This document shows, in pieces, positions 20,494-31,719 of a DNA stretch of 64,000 bases (position 1 is its first letter; each line of letters begins with the position of its first letter). Origin of the DNA: Neisseria sp. (GTDB lineage Bacteria > Pseudomonadota > Gammaproteobacteria > Burkholderiales > Neisseriaceae); the NCBI GenBank assembly GCA_041855125.1, contig JBHADP010000034.1, positions 8,724-72,723 on the forward strand, written 5' to 3'. The position numbers were made by a program, and so were the translations under genes. The notes beneath the pieces are model-generated. The model was not told the origin of the DNA and searched no databases. It saw only the letters and a program-made list of their open reading frames with translations.

Positions 20494-20910
20494 TTATGCT
20501 GCAACCAGTTCAAAACTGTGCGTTACCTTAGCCGATTTACCCAACATAATCGAAGCAGAACAATATTTTTCTGCCGACATTTGCACCGCTTTTTCAATCG
20601 CACTTTCTTTTAAATCATGTCCAAACACTTTAAAGTGAATATGAATTTCGGTGAATACGCGCGGGGTATCGTCAGCGCGTTTGGCAGTAACCGTGGCTTG
20701 GCAATCGGTAATGTGTTGGCGTTGCTTTTCTGCAATCATCACCACATCAATGCTGGAACAACCTGCCACGCCCATTAATAACAATTCCATTGGGCTGGCA
20801 CCGCGTTTGGCTTGCCCTTCCACAGGCACACCTTCCATCACCACACTATGCCCCAATTCATTGCTGGCAACAAAACACATATTGTCCAGCCATTTAGAAG
20901 TAATTTGCAT
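20494..20910 (-). CDS. OsmC family protein (YhfA-like)
   Basis: SPMELLLMGVAGCSSIDV, SAEKYCSAS; GGAG RBS before MQITSKW. Confidence 0.88.
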   Translation of the reverse strand: MQITSKWLDNMCFVASNELGHSVVMEGVPVEGQAKRGASPMELLLMGVAGCSSIDVVMIAEKQRQHITDCQATVTAKRADDTPRVFTEIHIHFKVFGHDLKESAIEKAVQMSAEKYCSASIMLGKSAKVTHSFELVAA

Positions 20911-20920
20911 ACCGTACTCC

Positions 20921-21412
20921 TTATTTTTCAATTGGTGTGGGTGAAACTAACACGCCATCTTCATCACAATAAACATAATCGCCTGTGTGGAAGGTAACAC
21001 CACCAAAGCTTACAGGCACATCCACTTCGCCTGCGCCATCTTTAGCACTTTTACGCGGATTGGTGCCTAAGGCTTTCACACCAAAATCCATCATATCCAA
21101 TGCCACGCTATCGCGAATAGCACCAAAAATCACTGCGCCTGCCCAACCATTGGCCGCTCCTGCACTGGCAATCATATCGCCCATCAAGGCACTATACAGC
21201 GAACCACCCCCATCCACAATTAACACTTCGCCATCAGAAGCAGAGTTCATTAATTGTTTGACCAAACCATTATCACGTTCACATTTAACCGTGCGCACCC
21301 GTCCGCTAAATTGTGCGCGGCGACCAAAATGGCGAAACTGGGTTTCACAAGAAGGCGTGTGGGGGGCAATGTCGATTAAATCGGCAGTTGAAAACTCAAA
21401 GACATGGCTCAT
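20921..21412 (-). CDS. rraA: RraA family protein (RNase E inhibitor / HMG aldolase-like)
   Basis: TADLID, DNGLV, VDGGGS, GDMIA, GAIRD; start MSHVFEF with AGGAG RBS. Confidence 0.88.
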   Translation of the reverse strand: MSHVFEFSTADLIDIAPHTPSCETQFRHFGRRAQFSGRVRTVKCERDNGLVKQLMNSASDGEVLIVDGGGSLYSALMGDMIASAGAANGWAGAVIFGAIRDSVALDMMDFGVKALGTNPRKSAKDGAGEVDVPVSFGGVTFHTGDYVYCDEDGVLVSPTPIEK

Positions 21413-21444
21413 GATGTTTCTCCTGTTGGTTGATGAGGAAGAAG

Positions 21445-21483
21445 GTTTCAACACACAGGACGACACATAAAGCGTCGCCCTAC
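21445..21483 (-). repeat. Dispersed hairpin+TGTGTTGAAAC unit, copy C
   Basis: Minus strand reads GTAGGGCGAC-GCTTTATGT-GTCGTCCTG-TGTGTTGAAAC. Confidence 0.8.
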
Positions 21484-21506
21484 ATGAAATGATTATATAG
21501 CAATTT

Positions 21507-23945
21507 TTAACGGCGCAAACGCAAAGCATTCAGCAATACCAGCAAAGAGCTGGAACTCATGCCCAAAGCGGCTATCCAAGGATTGACCAATCCTGCCACT
21601 GCCAATGGCACAGCGATAAGATTATAAGCACTTGCCCAAATCAGATTTTGGCGAATGATTCGTGCCGTTTTACGGGCTTGCTGAATGGTGGCAGGGATAG
21701 CAGTCATTTCATCATTCAGCAAGACAATATCCGCGCCATCGCGTGCCACATCTGCCCCACTGGCAACCGCAATCGACACATCAGACGCTGCCAACACAGG
21801 CGCATCATTAATGCCATCGCCTATCATCAACACTTTTTTACCTTGTCGTTGCAAGGTTTCCACATAAGCCAGCTTGTCTTCGGGAGTGGCTTCGGCATGA
21901 ATATGGGGAATGTTTAAGGTTTGAGCTAAGGCTTGTACGGCAGCTTGGCGGTCGCCACTTAAAATATGTAGGTGTAAACCTTGTTGTGTCAGTTGTGCCA
22001 ACATGGTGGGAATTTGGGCTTTGGTTTGGTCTTGCAGCAAAAAGGCAGCAACAAAACCCTGTTGGTTGCCTAAGGCAATCACCGTGCCATGATGTTGAAT
22101 GTGTTGTAACTCGGTGGGCAGTGCGCCTGCGGTTTCTTGCACAAATTCAGGGCGACCAATCGACCATTGTTGGTTTTGTCCGTGTAGAGTGAGTTGGGCG
22201 CGTACACCATGTCCCACGCGATTAATGCGCTGTTCACTGTGAACGTGAAGGGTGGACGCGGTGGATAATTGGGCAATGGCACGCGCGATGGGGTGTTCTG
22301 ATTGTTGTTCCAACACTTGAGCAAGATAGATGGCATCATCTTGGCTCAAGTTGTGAAACAGCATGATGTGTTGCACGGCAAGTTTGCCTTCGGTGAGTGT
22401 ACCTGTTTTATCAAACACCACATCGGTGGCGAGTGCTAAGGTTTCGAGCGCTTGGCTGCCCGACACTAAAATGCCTTGTCCTGCTAACTTGCCTGTTGAA
22501 GCGGCAAGTGCGGTGGGTGTGGCAAGCGAGAGGGCGCAAGGGCAGGTAATCACCAACAGGGAAACCGTAATCCACAAAGCTTTATAAATATCGGCATACC
22601 ACCACCAGCCCAAAAAGACAGGAATGGCAAATAAGATGGTACTTAGTACAAACGAAGAAGCGTATTTATCAGCTAACACAGCCAAACGCGGTTTTTGTGA
22701 TAAAGCGCGGTCAAGCAGTTTTACGATATGCGCCAAACGGGTGCGGTTGCCCACTTCATCAGCGCGAATAATTAACGGGCTGGCAGTGTTGAGCGTGCCT
22801 GCGGTAACTTTATCGTGAGTGGTTTTGCTGATGGGGAGGTTTTCACCCGTGAGCATGGCTTCATCCACAGCGCTTTCGCCCGATAAAACCGTGCCGTCCA
22901 CAGGAATCACTTCGCCCGCTCGTACCACAATCACATCGCCTGTTTTGAGTTTAACCACGGCGGCTTCTACGCTTTGTTCATTTGGATAATCGGGCAAATG
23001 ATGGCAAAAAGCAGGTACCAGTTTCACCAAGCGTTCTGCCGCATCGCCTGCTTTACGCCGCGCGTCTTGTTCCATAAAACGACCCAGCAGCAGCAAAAAC
23101 ACCAGCATCGCCAAGCCTTCAAAATACATACCTTCGCCTGCATCACTAAAGAGGGCGTATAAGCCAGCCAGCGAGGTGAGAAAAATGGCAAGTGTGATGG
23201 GGGTATCCATGCCTGCACGGCGGTTTTTGATGTCGCGCCAAAAGCCTTGATAAAACGGAACGGCAGAATACAACAACACTGGCAACGCCATTAAAAATAC
23301 GCCCCAATGCAAAATGGTGAGGTAAAGCGGTTCAATGTCGTTATAAAGATAAGTGGGCAGGGCAAACATCATGGTTTGCATCATGGATAAACCTGCCACC
23401 GCCACGCGAATCAGGGATTTTTTGCGTTCTTGTTGTGCGCTGGCTTCTGCTTTTTGTGCGTCATACGGTGCAGCAGAATAACCTGTTTGCTGAATGCGCA
23501 ACAGGATATCGGATAATTTCACACGGCTGTCATCCCATTGAATGCGGGCGCGTTGGGTGCTGTAATTGAGTTCTACGCTAACGATGCCATTGAGTCGCAA
23601 TAATTGTTGTTCAATCAGCCACACGCATGCCGCACAGGTGATGCCGTGTAGCATCAATACTGCCTCGCGCTGGTGTTCGGCTAAGGTTTCCACAAAATCG
23701 GCTTGCACTTCAGGTAAGTCATACAGTTTGAGCTGCTCTAAGATTTCGGGAGGGGGCAAACCTGCTTGTTCAGCTTGCGCGGTGCGTTGTTTATAGTAAT
23801 TGCCCAAGCCTGCATCAATAATGCTTTGCGCCACCGCTTGACAGCCCGCACAACAGGTGGGGTGTTCTTGGTGTTCATATTGAATGGGCAATTCGGTATG
23901 AGGGGGGACAGGAAGTCCGCAATGGAAGCAGTTTTTTTCGTTCAT
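21507..23945 (-). CDS. ccoI: Heavy-metal (Cu) P1B-type ATPase, CcoI/FixI type
   Basis: CFHC..CCAGC N-terminus, CAAC HMA, CPCALSL, DKTGT, SEHP, GDGIND. Confidence 0.9.
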   Translation of the reverse strand: MNEKNCFHCGLPVPPHTELPIQYEHQEHPTCCAGCQAVAQSIIDAGLGNYYKQRTAQAEQAGLPPPEILEQLKLYDLPEVQADFVETLAEHQREAVLMLHGITCAACVWLIEQQLLRLNGIVSVELNYSTQRARIQWDDSRVKLSDILLRIQQTGYSAAPYDAQKAEASAQQERKKSLIRVAVAGLSMMQTMMFALPTYLYNDIEPLYLTILHWGVFLMALPVLLYSAVPFYQGFWRDIKNRRAGMDTPITLAIFLTSLAGLYALFSDAGEGMYFEGLAMLVFLLLLGRFMEQDARRKAGDAAERLVKLVPAFCHHLPDYPNEQSVEAAVVKLKTGDVIVVRAGEVIPVDGTVLSGESAVDEAMLTGENLPISKTTHDKVTAGTLNTASPLIIRADEVGNRTRLAHIVKLLDRALSQKPRLAVLADKYASSFVLSTILFAIPVFLGWWWYADIYKALWITVSLLVITCPCALSLATPTALAASTGKLAGQGILVSGSQALETLALATDVVFDKTGTLTEGKLAVQHIMLFHNLSQDDAIYLAQVLEQQSEHPIARAIAQLSTASTLHVHSEQRINRVGHGVRAQLTLHGQNQQWSIGRPEFVQETAGALPTELQHIQHHGTVIALGNQQGFVAAFLLQDQTKAQIPTMLAQLTQQGLHLHILSGDRQAAVQALAQTLNIPHIHAEATPEDKLAYVETLQRQGKKVLMIGDGINDAPVLAASDVSIAVASGADVARDGADIVLLNDEMTAIPATIQQARKTARIIRQNLIWASAYNLIAVPLAVAGLVNPWIAALGMSSSSLLVLLNALRLRR

Positions 23946-24046
23946 GGCGGGGGATTTTACGCGCAAATGCAGGCGAAAGAAAAGGGTTCTGGTGTTATGA
24001 AAAAACCGCCTGCGTATCAACACAGGCGGTGATGTGAGTAAACGGT

Positions 24047-26527
24047 TTAAGCCGATTCAATGGGCAATTCAGTTTCGCTTAATGGGTCGATATACCAAAT
24101 GTTGTCGGCATAATCTTGAATTGAGCGGTCAGATGAGAAATAGCCCATGTTGGCAATGTTGATTAAGGCGGATTTGAGCCATGCCGAACGATTGCGATAA
24201 TGTTCATCGGCACGGGCTTGGGCATCAACATAGCTGCGGAAGTCTGCCATTAATTGATAATGGTCGCCATAGGCTTGCAACACATCGCTATAACGGTTTG
24301 GCTCATCAGGTGAGAACGTGCCAGTTACCACTTGTTTTACCACACGGCGCAAATCGCTGTCTTGTTCCATATAGCTGAATGGGTCGTAACCTTCGCGGCG
24401 CAAGGTTTCTACTTGCTCTACGGTGTTACCAAAGATAAAGATGTGCTCTTTACCCACACATTCCAAGATTTCAACGTTTGCCCCATCAAGTGTACCCATG
24501 GTTAATGCGCCATTGAGGGCAAATTTCATGTTGCCTGTACCCGATGCTTCCGTACCCGCCAAAGAGATTTGTTCAGACAAATCTGCCGCAGGAATGATGA
24601 TTTGTGCCAAGCTCACGCTGTAATTGGGGATAAACACCACTTTAATTAAATCGCGTACACGTTCATCATTGTTAATCACATTGGCAACATCGTTAATCAA
24701 ACGAATGATTTTCTTCGCCATGTAGTAAGCTGAAGCCGCTTTACCTGCGAAGATAAACACGCGAGGCTGCCAATCGGCATAGGGGTTTTCCAAAATCTTG
24801 TTATAGCGGTCGATGATGTGCATCACATTCAAGGCTTGACGTTTGTATTCATGAATGCGTTTGATTTGTACGTCAAACAAGGCTTCAGGGTTGATTTTGA
24901 TGCCCAATTCTTTAGCAATATAGTTTGCCAAACGTTGTTTATTGGCTTGTTTCACTGCCGCAAATTCGTTTTGCACTTCAGGTTTATCCACCAAAGCATT
25001 CAGTTGTGTGAGGTGGTCAAGATGCAAACGCCAATCTTCTTCGCCCAAATGTTTGTCTAAGAATTGGGTGAGTGGGCGGTTGGCAACGGCAATCCAACGG
25101 CGTGGGGTTACCCCATTGGTAACATTGGTAAAGCGGTCGGGGAAGATTTTGGCAAAGTCGGCAAAAATCGAGGTTTTCATTAAATCAGAGTGGATTTTTG
25201 CCACGCCGTTGATTTTGTGTGAACCTACCACTGCTAACCATGCCATGCGAACGCGGCGACCGTTTTCTTCATCAATAATAGACACGCGACGAATCAAGTC
25301 ATCATCGGTATAACCCATGGCGCGTAAAGCGTCTAAGAAATATTCGTTGATTTCAAAAATGATGTCTAAATGACGAGGCAATAAGCGACCCATTAAATCA
25401 ACCGACCATGTTTCTAAGGCTTCGCTCATTAAAGTGTGGTTGGTGTAAGAGAAAATCTTACAACACATATTCCATGATTCTTTCCAGCTCAAGCCTTCTT
25501 CGTCAATCAGAATACGCATTAATTCTGGAATGGCTAATACAGGGTGGGTGTCGTTTAAGTGAATCGCGGTGGTTTCGGGCAACGTTTTGATGCTGGGGAA
25601 ACGGCATTTATGACGGGCAATGATGTCTTGAATGGAAGCCGATACCAAGAAATATTCTTGTTTTAAACGCAATTCGCGACCAATATCGGTGGAATCATTG
25701 GGATACAACACGCGTGAGATGTTTTCATCGCTGGTTTGTTCGCGCATGGCGGCAAAATAATCGCCTTGGTTGAAGTTGGCTAAATCAAACGTGTCGCCAG
25801 CATGGGCTGTCCACAAACGCAAGGGGTTGGCAACATTGCCACCATAACCGGGTATCACTTCATCATAAGCTAAGGCAACAATGTGTTCGGCAGGCTGCCA
25901 ATGCTTGATATTGCCATTGTGTTGCATATGACCGCCAAAATACACGGGATAGCGTTTATTGGGGCGGGCAAATTGCCAAGCCATATCGTTGTCTAACCAT
26001 AAATCGGGTTTTTCAACTTGCTGACCATCCACGATTTCTTGTTTAAACATACCATATTGATAGCGAATACCATAACCCACAGCAGGCATACGCAAGGTGG
26101 CTAACGAATCCAAGAAACACGCCGCCAAACGACCCAAACCACCATTACCTAAGCCGGGGTCTTCTTCTTGCTCGCACACATCGGCAAAGTCTAAGCCGAG
26201 TTGTTGGAAGGCTTCGTTAAACGCATCGTAAACCCCTTCGTTAATCAAAGAGTTTACAAATGAGCGACCCATCAAAAATTCCATGGATAAATAATAAACT
26301 GTGCGTTTACCGTGGTCTTCGTGGCTGCGGCGGGTTTTTAAGAAACTTTCTGTTACCAAATCGCGCGCTGCAAACATGGCAGCATTCAGCCATTGTTGTG
26401 GTGTGGCTTCGCGTGGGTCCACACCCAAAATAAAAATCAGCTTATACACAATCGAACGACGCACGAAGTCCGCATCGGGCTTCGGCATCACATATTCATA
26501 TTCGGGTAGCGGCAGTTGATTAACCAT
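24047..26527 (-). CDS. glgP: Glycogen/starch/alpha-glucan phosphorylase
   Basis: [39 protein letters not shown]. Confidence 0.95.
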   Translation of the reverse strand: MVNQLPLPEYEYVMPKPDADFVRRSIVYKLIFILGVDPREATPQQWLNAAMFAARDLVTESFLKTRRSHEDHGKRTVYYLSMEFLMGRSFVNSLINEGVYDAFNEAFQQLGLDFADVCEQEEDPGLGNGGLGRLAACFLDSLATLRMPAVGYGIRYQYGMFKQEIVDGQQVEKPDLWLDNDMAWQFARPNKRYPVYFGGHMQHNGNIKHWQPAEHIVALAYDEVIPGYGGNVANPLRLWTAHAGDTFDLANFNQGDYFAAMREQTSDENISRVLYPNDSTDIGRELRLKQEYFLVSASIQDIIARHKCRFPSIKTLPETTAIHLNDTHPVLAIPELMRILIDEEGLSWKESWNMCCKIFSYTNHTLMSEALETWSVDLMGRLLPRHLDIIFEINEYFLDALRAMGYTDDDLIRRVSIIDEENGRRVRMAWLAVVGSHKINGVAKIHSDLMKTSIFADFAKIFPDRFTNVTNGVTPRRWIAVANRPLTQFLDKHLGEEDWRLHLDHLTQLNALVDKPEVQNEFAAVKQANKQRLANYIAKELGIKINPEALFDVQIKRIHEYKRQALNVMHIIDRYNKILENPYADWQPRVFIFAGKAASAYYMAKKIIRLINDVANVINNDERVRDLIKVVFIPNYSVSLAQIIIPAADLSEQISLAGTEASGTGNMKFALNGALTMGTLDGANVEILECVGKEHIFIFGNTVEQVETLRREGYDPFSYMEQDSDLRRVVKQVVTGTFSPDEPNRYSDVLQAYGDHYQLMADFRSYVDAQARADEHYRNRSAWLKSALINIANMGYFSSDRSIQDYADNIWYIDPLSETELPIESA

Positions 26528-26666
26528 AATAATAAACCTGTATTGAATGAAAAATAATCTCTATTGGGGAGGCTATTCTAAAATGCGATTCTGCTTACTG
26601 CCAATCATTCTTTTTAAAGAAGCCCATTTTGTTCTAAATAGCAATGAAACTGTTGGTAGTGAACAC

Positions 26667-26695
26667 AAAAAAGGGGAGGTAAGCCCCCTTTTTTT
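26667..26695 (-). terminator. Terminator after engB
   Basis: AAAAAAGGGG/CCCCTTTTTT. Confidence 0.7.
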
Positions 26696-26705
26696 GCTGA
26701 ATCAT

Positions 26706-27344
26706 TTAGCACGATGGTGTGGGTGAGGTGGGTTCGTGGGCAGGCGGTAAGCGTTGAAACCATTGTGCAACAACGGCATTGACTTCCTCTGTGCCTTGTT
26801 TTTTCAAGCTGGAAAACAGTTGCACTGACACTTCTTGACGTTCCATAAAAGGTTTTAACAATTTTTTGACAGAAGACAAGGTTTTAATTTGGTCATTCTT
26901 GGATAATTTGTCTGCTTTCGACAACAAAATATGCACGGGCTTGTGGGTCAGCGCAAAAAAGTCAAGCATTTGAATATCCAAGGGTTTGAGTGGGTGGCGA
27001 CAATCCATAATCAGCACCAAACCAATTAATTGTTGGCGGGTTTGGAGGTAGTTGCCCAGCAGTTCTACCCAATGTTTGCGTACGGCTTCGGGCACTTCGG
27101 CATAACCATAACCGGGTAAATCCACCATAAAATGATGGTTGCTTAACTCAAAAAAGTTAATGTGTTGGGTGCGACCGGGGGTTTTAGACACATAAGCCAA
27201 ACGCACATGATTGCATAAGGTATTGATGGCGCTGGATTTGCCTGCGTTGGAACGCCCCACAAAAGCGATTTCGGCTTGGGTGGCGGGCAAGTCTTTCAGA
27301 TGATTAACGGTGGTGAAGAATTTGGCGTTTTGAAATAAGTTCAT
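26706..27344 (-). CDS. engB: Ribosome biogenesis GTPase YihA/EngB
   Basis: [25 protein letters not shown]. Confidence 0.95.
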   Translation of the reverse strand: MNLFQNAKFFTTVNHLKDLPATQAEIAFVGRSNAGKSSAINTLCNHVRLAYVSKTPGRTQHINFFELSNHHFMVDLPGYGYAEVPEAVRKHWVELLGNYLQTRQQLIGLVLIMDCRHPLKPLDIQMLDFFALTHKPVHILLSKADKLSKNDQIKTLSSVKKLLKPFMERQEVSVQLFSSLKKQGTEEVNAVVAQWFQRLPPAHEPTSPTPSC

Positions 27345-27564
27345 CAAAGTCCCTTAATGGTTGAAACTTCGCGCTTGTGTCATTGGAAACAAGGTGCTGT
27401 TTAAAAATGTTGAAATAAACATGGCTATGGAAAAATACGGTAAATTTAGTATAGAATACCATGTTTGAAGAATAATCGGTTTAGTCGGTGTAAATAAAGT
27501 CCGACCAGAGTATGAGAGAATAAGGGTGTTGCGGTTTCGCAATGCTACAATCAGGAGCCTTTCC

Positions 27565-28194
27565 ATGAAACGTATGACCTTGTTGATGTTGGCTGCAGTT
27601 GGCAGTATGGCTGTGGCTGCCCCTAAAGGGGATGTTGCTAAAGGTAAAGAAATTGCCAACAATATTTGTGCCGCTTGCCACGCTGCCGATGGTAACAGTG
27701 GTATTGCCATGTATCCTAAGCTGTCTGCGCAACATGCGGCTTATATTATTAAGCAAACAAAAGACATCAAAGAGGGTAAACGCACCACAGGTGCGGCGGC
27801 TTCAATGGTGCCAACAGTGGCGAATTTGTCTGACCAAGATATTGCTGATGTGGCAGCTTATTTTAGTAAGCAATTCCCGAAAGCTGGTGAAGCCAATCCT
27901 AAGCAAAATTTTGAATTGGGCGCGAAGATTTTCCGTGGTGGCATTGCCAGCAAGAAGATTCCTGCGTGTATGGCGTGTCATGGTCCGAATGGCGCAGGGA
28001 TTTCGGCAAATGGTGTCGATGTAACGGCTTATCCTCGTTTGGGTGGTCAGCATCATGCGTATGTGGTGGAACAGTTGAAAGCCTATGCTTCTGGTAAACG
28101 TACCAGTGCCAATAGTATGATGGAAGATGTGGCAAAACGGATGTCGGAAGAGGAAATGAACGCGGTTGCCAACTTTATTCAAGGTTTACATTGA
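27565..28194 (+). CDS. cycA: Diheme cytochrome c4
   Basis: Signal peptide; CAACH and CMACH; AGGAG RBS before MKRMTLL. Confidence 0.9.
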   Translation: MKRMTLLMLAAVGSMAVAAPKGDVAKGKEIANNICAACHAADGNSGIAMYPKLSAQHAAYIIKQTKDIKEGKRTTGAAASMVPTVANLSDQDIADVAAYFSKQFPKAGEANPKQNFELGAKIFRGGIASKKIPACMACHGPNGAGISANGVDVTAYPRLGGQHHAYVVEQLKAYASGKRTSANSMMEDVAKRMSEEEMNAVANFIQGLH

Positions 28195-28371
28195 TTGGTG
28201 TTGTAATCTGAATTTGGGCTGTCTATACCAGATGATGTATAGGCAGCCCAAATTACGTTGCTGTGTGTCAAGTGATTGTGTAATTTCTGATTGGTTTTTT
28301 TTATAACCATGCTTTCTGTTGGGAGAATCCGTTAAAATCGGGATTCTCTGCTGGGTAGTTTGTTTTTTGTT

Positions 28372-30384
28372 ATGACTAAGAAAATTCCGCTTATTCGCCG
28401 TCCGTGGTTTGCTTTTTTAAGTTCGATGCGCTTTGCTGTGGCATTGTTGTGTGTGCTGGGGATTGCTTCGATTATTGGTACGGTGTTGCAGCAAAATCAG
28501 CCTATGGCTAATTATGTGGTGAAATTTGGTCCTTTTTGGACGCAAATTTTTCAGTTTTTAGGCTTGTTTGATGTGTATGCTTCGGGCTGGTTTGTGCTGA
28601 TTATGTTGTTTTTGGTGATTAGCACGGCATTGTGTTTGTGGCGCAATATTCCGCCTTTTTTGCGTGAGATGAAGTCGTTTCGGATTCAAGCCAGTAAGCA
28701 GTCGTTGGCTGCGATGCGACACAGCCAAGTGTTGGCGGGTAAGATTTCGCCAGAAGTGGCAGAACGTTATTTGGCGGTGCAAGGGTTTAGCAGCAAACGG
28801 GTGGAGCGGGAAGATGGCTCGGTCTTGGTGGCTGCCAAAAAGGGGGCGATGAATAAGTGGGGTTATATTTTTGCGCACTTGGCGATTATTGTGATTTGTG
28901 TGGGCGGTTTGATAGACAGTAATTTGCTGCTGAAAATGGGTATGCTCACAGGTAAGATTGTGCCTGATAATACGGCGGTGTTTGCGAAAGATTTTAAAGC
29001 GGAAAGTATTTTAAGCGACACGAATCCTTCATTTCGCGGTAATGTGAATATCACGGAAGGGCAAACGGTTGATGTGGTGTTTTTAAATGCCGATAAGGGT
29101 ATGCTGGTGCAGGATTTGCCATTTAGTGTGCAATTAAAACGGTTTCATATTGATTTTTATAACACGGGGATGCCGCGCGACTTTGCCAGCGATGTGGTGG
29201 TAACGAAAAAATCGGGCGAAGTGATTGAGCAAACCATACGGGTGAATCATCCGCTCACGGTGGATGGCATTACGATTTATCAAGCCAGTTTTGCCGATGG
29301 CGGTTCAGATTTGCAGTTTAAAGCATGGGATTTATCCACTTATAACAGTCAATCGGCTGATTTAAAAGCCACTTCAATGAACACGTTTCCTTTAAATATG
29401 GGGGAACAAAAGCAGTTTAAATTGGAGTTTGACCAATTTGCTGCATTGAATGTGGAGGACATGAGTCAGCCTAAAGAGAAACAGGGTGGCTTGGCAGCAA
29501 CGCTGAATGATGTACGCGCGGTGAAACAAGAAAAACGGTTTACCAATATTGGTCCCTCTATTATTTATCGTTTACGCGATGCGGCAGGACAAGCCGTTGA
29601 GTTTAAAAATTATATGTTGCCTGTGAAGCAAGAAGAAGATTATTTCTTTATCACAGGCACACGTTCAGGCTTAGACCAACAATATCGTTGGCTACGTTTG
29701 CCTGCGGATAGACAGGGTTCAATCGATACTTTTATGGCATTGCGTCAAGTGATAGCCGATAAAACGATGCGTCCCAAAGTGGTGGCAACTGCGGTAGCGG
29801 GTACGGCAGACCATTTGCGTCCACAATTAGAACAAGCGGTGGATAATATGCTGACCTTGTTTGCGCGTGGCGGCTATTTGGCATTAAATGAGTTTATCCA
29901 AACGGTGCCTGAAGCCGAGCGGGGCAGAATGCAGGAATATTTCTATCAAATTTTATACAGTGCGATTAATGCCGCATTGGATACCACCTTAGCCCAACAG
30001 CAGCAAGCAGCATGGGCACCCGATGACACCCGAGCGCGGTTTTTATTGCATGCGATGGATGCCTATACAGGCTTAACCGAATATCCTTCGCCTGTGTTGT
30101 TGCAACTAAATGGTTTTAAAGAAGTGCGTTCATCAGGTTTACAGATGACCAAATCACCGGGGGCATCGTTGGTGTATTTGGGTTCGGTGTTGCTGGTGTT
30201 AGGAACGGTGTTTATGTTTTATGTGCGTGAAAAACGCGCGTGGTTATTATTTGAAGGCGATAGTGTGCGTTTAGCCATGTCGTCTAGTCGCAATGAACGT
30301 GATTTGCAAAAAGAATTTCCCGAGCATTTGCAACGCTTGGAACAATTAGCGAAGGACTTAAACCATGACTCAATCTCTGGATAA
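28372..30384 (+). CDS. resB: System II cytochrome c biogenesis protein ResB
   Basis: SSMRFAV, SIIGTVLQQ, AHLA, VNHPL, LQMTKSPG. Confidence 0.92.
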   Translation: MTKKIPLIRRPWFAFLSSMRFAVALLCVLGIASIIGTVLQQNQPMANYVVKFGPFWTQIFQFLGLFDVYASGWFVLIMLFLVISTALCLWRNIPPFLREMKSFRIQASKQSLAAMRHSQVLAGKISPEVAERYLAVQGFSSKRVEREDGSVLVAAKKGAMNKWGYIFAHLAIIVICVGGLIDSNLLLKMGMLTGKIVPDNTAVFAKDFKAESILSDTNPSFRGNVNITEGQTVDVVFLNADKGMLVQDLPFSVQLKRFHIDFYNTGMPRDFASDVVVTKKSGEVIEQTIRVNHPLTVDGITIYQASFADGGSDLQFKAWDLSTYNSQSADLKATSMNTFPLNMGEQKQFKLEFDQFAALNVEDMSQPKEKQGGLAATLNDVRAVKQEKRFTNIGPSIIYRLRDAAGQAVEFKNYMLPVKQEEDYFFITGTRSGLDQQYRWLRLPADRQGSIDTFMALRQVIADKTMRPKVVATAVAGTADHLRPQLEQAVDNMLTLFARGGYLALNEFIQTVPEAERGRMQEYFYQILYSAINAALDTTLAQQQQAAWAPDDTRARFLLHAMDAYTGLTEYPSPVLLQLNGFKEVRSSGLQMTKSPGASLVYLGSVLLVLGTVFMFYVREKRAWLLFEGDSVRLAMSSSRNERDLQKEFPEHLQRLEQLAKDLNHDSISG

Positions 30385-31558
30385 AACAGCAGGTAAGTTG
30401 CCACAACATGCTTTGCTGGAACATAAATCGTTTTGGCGTTCGTTAGATATTAAAGATGGATTGTTTGCGCTGGCAATTTTGGCGGTAGCAGGGTTTGCTC
30501 ACTATACGTTGCCTCACCATATGGATGGTTATGAAGTGGCGATTTTGTGGAGCAGCGCCATTAGTACCATCGCATTGGGTTGGTTTTTTAAACCTTTGCG
30601 TTGGTTTTTGCCTTTAAGTATTGCTTTGGCTTATGGTGCGGTGCAGCTTTATGCGGGTCATTTTGATAATGGCAACCGCTTTTTATTGCGTTATTTTTTA
30701 AGCAGCCAATCGGCGATTATGTGGCAATGTGCGTTTGTGTTTTTTGCTTTGTTTTGCTATGTGGCAGGCGCGATGGTTGCTGCTAAACAAAAAACAAATA
30801 GCAACACGCTGCTCGGGATGGGAACGGCTTTTGCTTGGGTATCGGCATTAGGTGGGTTTACAGGCTTATTGGTGCGTTGGCATGAAAGCTATTTGCTGCG
30901 CCCCGATGCAGGGCATATGCCTGTGTCGAATTTATATGAAGTGTTTATTTTATTTATGGTGATTACCACACTGATGTATTTGTATTATGAAAACAAGTTT
31001 ACCATGCAGCGTTTGGGTGCATTTGTGTTTGCCTTTTTAGCAGTGGTGGTGGGCTTTGTGTTGTGGTATAGCGTGGCGCGTGATGCCCATCAAATTCAAC
31101 CATTAATTCCTGCTTTACAATCGTGGTGGATGAAAATCCATGTGCCTGCCAATTTTATTGGTTATGGTGCGTTTTGTATGGCTGCAATGTTGGGAACGGC
31201 TGAACTGTGGGCATTAAGTGGTCGCCCCAGTAGCAAATGGTTGCCCGATGCTGCTGTGATTGAAGAAGTGATGTATAAAGCCATTGCGGTGGGCTTTTTG
31301 TTTTTTACCATTGCAACGATTTTAGGTGCGTTGTGGGCAGCCGATGCGTGGGGACGTTATTGGAGTTGGGACCCCAAAGAAACATGGGCGTTTATTGTGT
31401 GGCTGAATTATGCAGTATGGTTGCATTTACGCTTGGTGGCAGGTTGGCGCGGTAAAGTGTTGGCTTGGTGGGCAATTATTGGTTTGTTTATTACTGCTTT
31501 TGCTTTTATTGGTGTGAATATGTTTTTAAGTGGTTTACACTCTTATGGTGCATTGTAA
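30365..31558 (+). CDS. resC: System II cytochrome c heme ligase ResC/CcsA
   Basis: WWD motif WGRYWSWDPKETWA, IHV, GLHSY. Confidence 0.94.
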   Translation: MTQSLDKTAGKLPQHALLEHKSFWRSLDIKDGLFALAILAVAGFAHYTLPHHMDGYEVAILWSSAISTIALGWFFKPLRWFLPLSIALAYGAVQLYAGHFDNGNRFLLRYFLSSQSAIMWQCAFVFFALFCYVAGAMVAAKQKTNSNTLLGMGTAFAWVSALGGFTGLLVRWHESYLLRPDAGHMPVSNLYEVFILFMVITTLMYLYYENKFTMQRLGAFVFAFLAVVVGFVLWYSVARDAHQIQPLIPALQSWWMKIHVPANFIGYGAFCMAAMLGTAELWALSGRPSSKWLPDAAVIEEVMYKAIAVGFLFFTIATILGALWAADAWGRYWSWDPKETWAFIVWLNYAVWLHLRLVAGWRGKVLAWWAIIGLFITAFAFIGVNMFLSGLHSYGAL

Positions 31559-31719
31559 AATTGCCAAGAATGCTGTATATTTAAGCAGTTTGAACATTCA
31601 AAATTAAAACTTAGGCTGGAGATGTTTTTCCAGCCTAATATTCATAAAAAATACGATAATATAGCCATATATTGAAATGTAATATGGCATAACACATTAC
31701 AAAAAAGGAAGCAATCATC

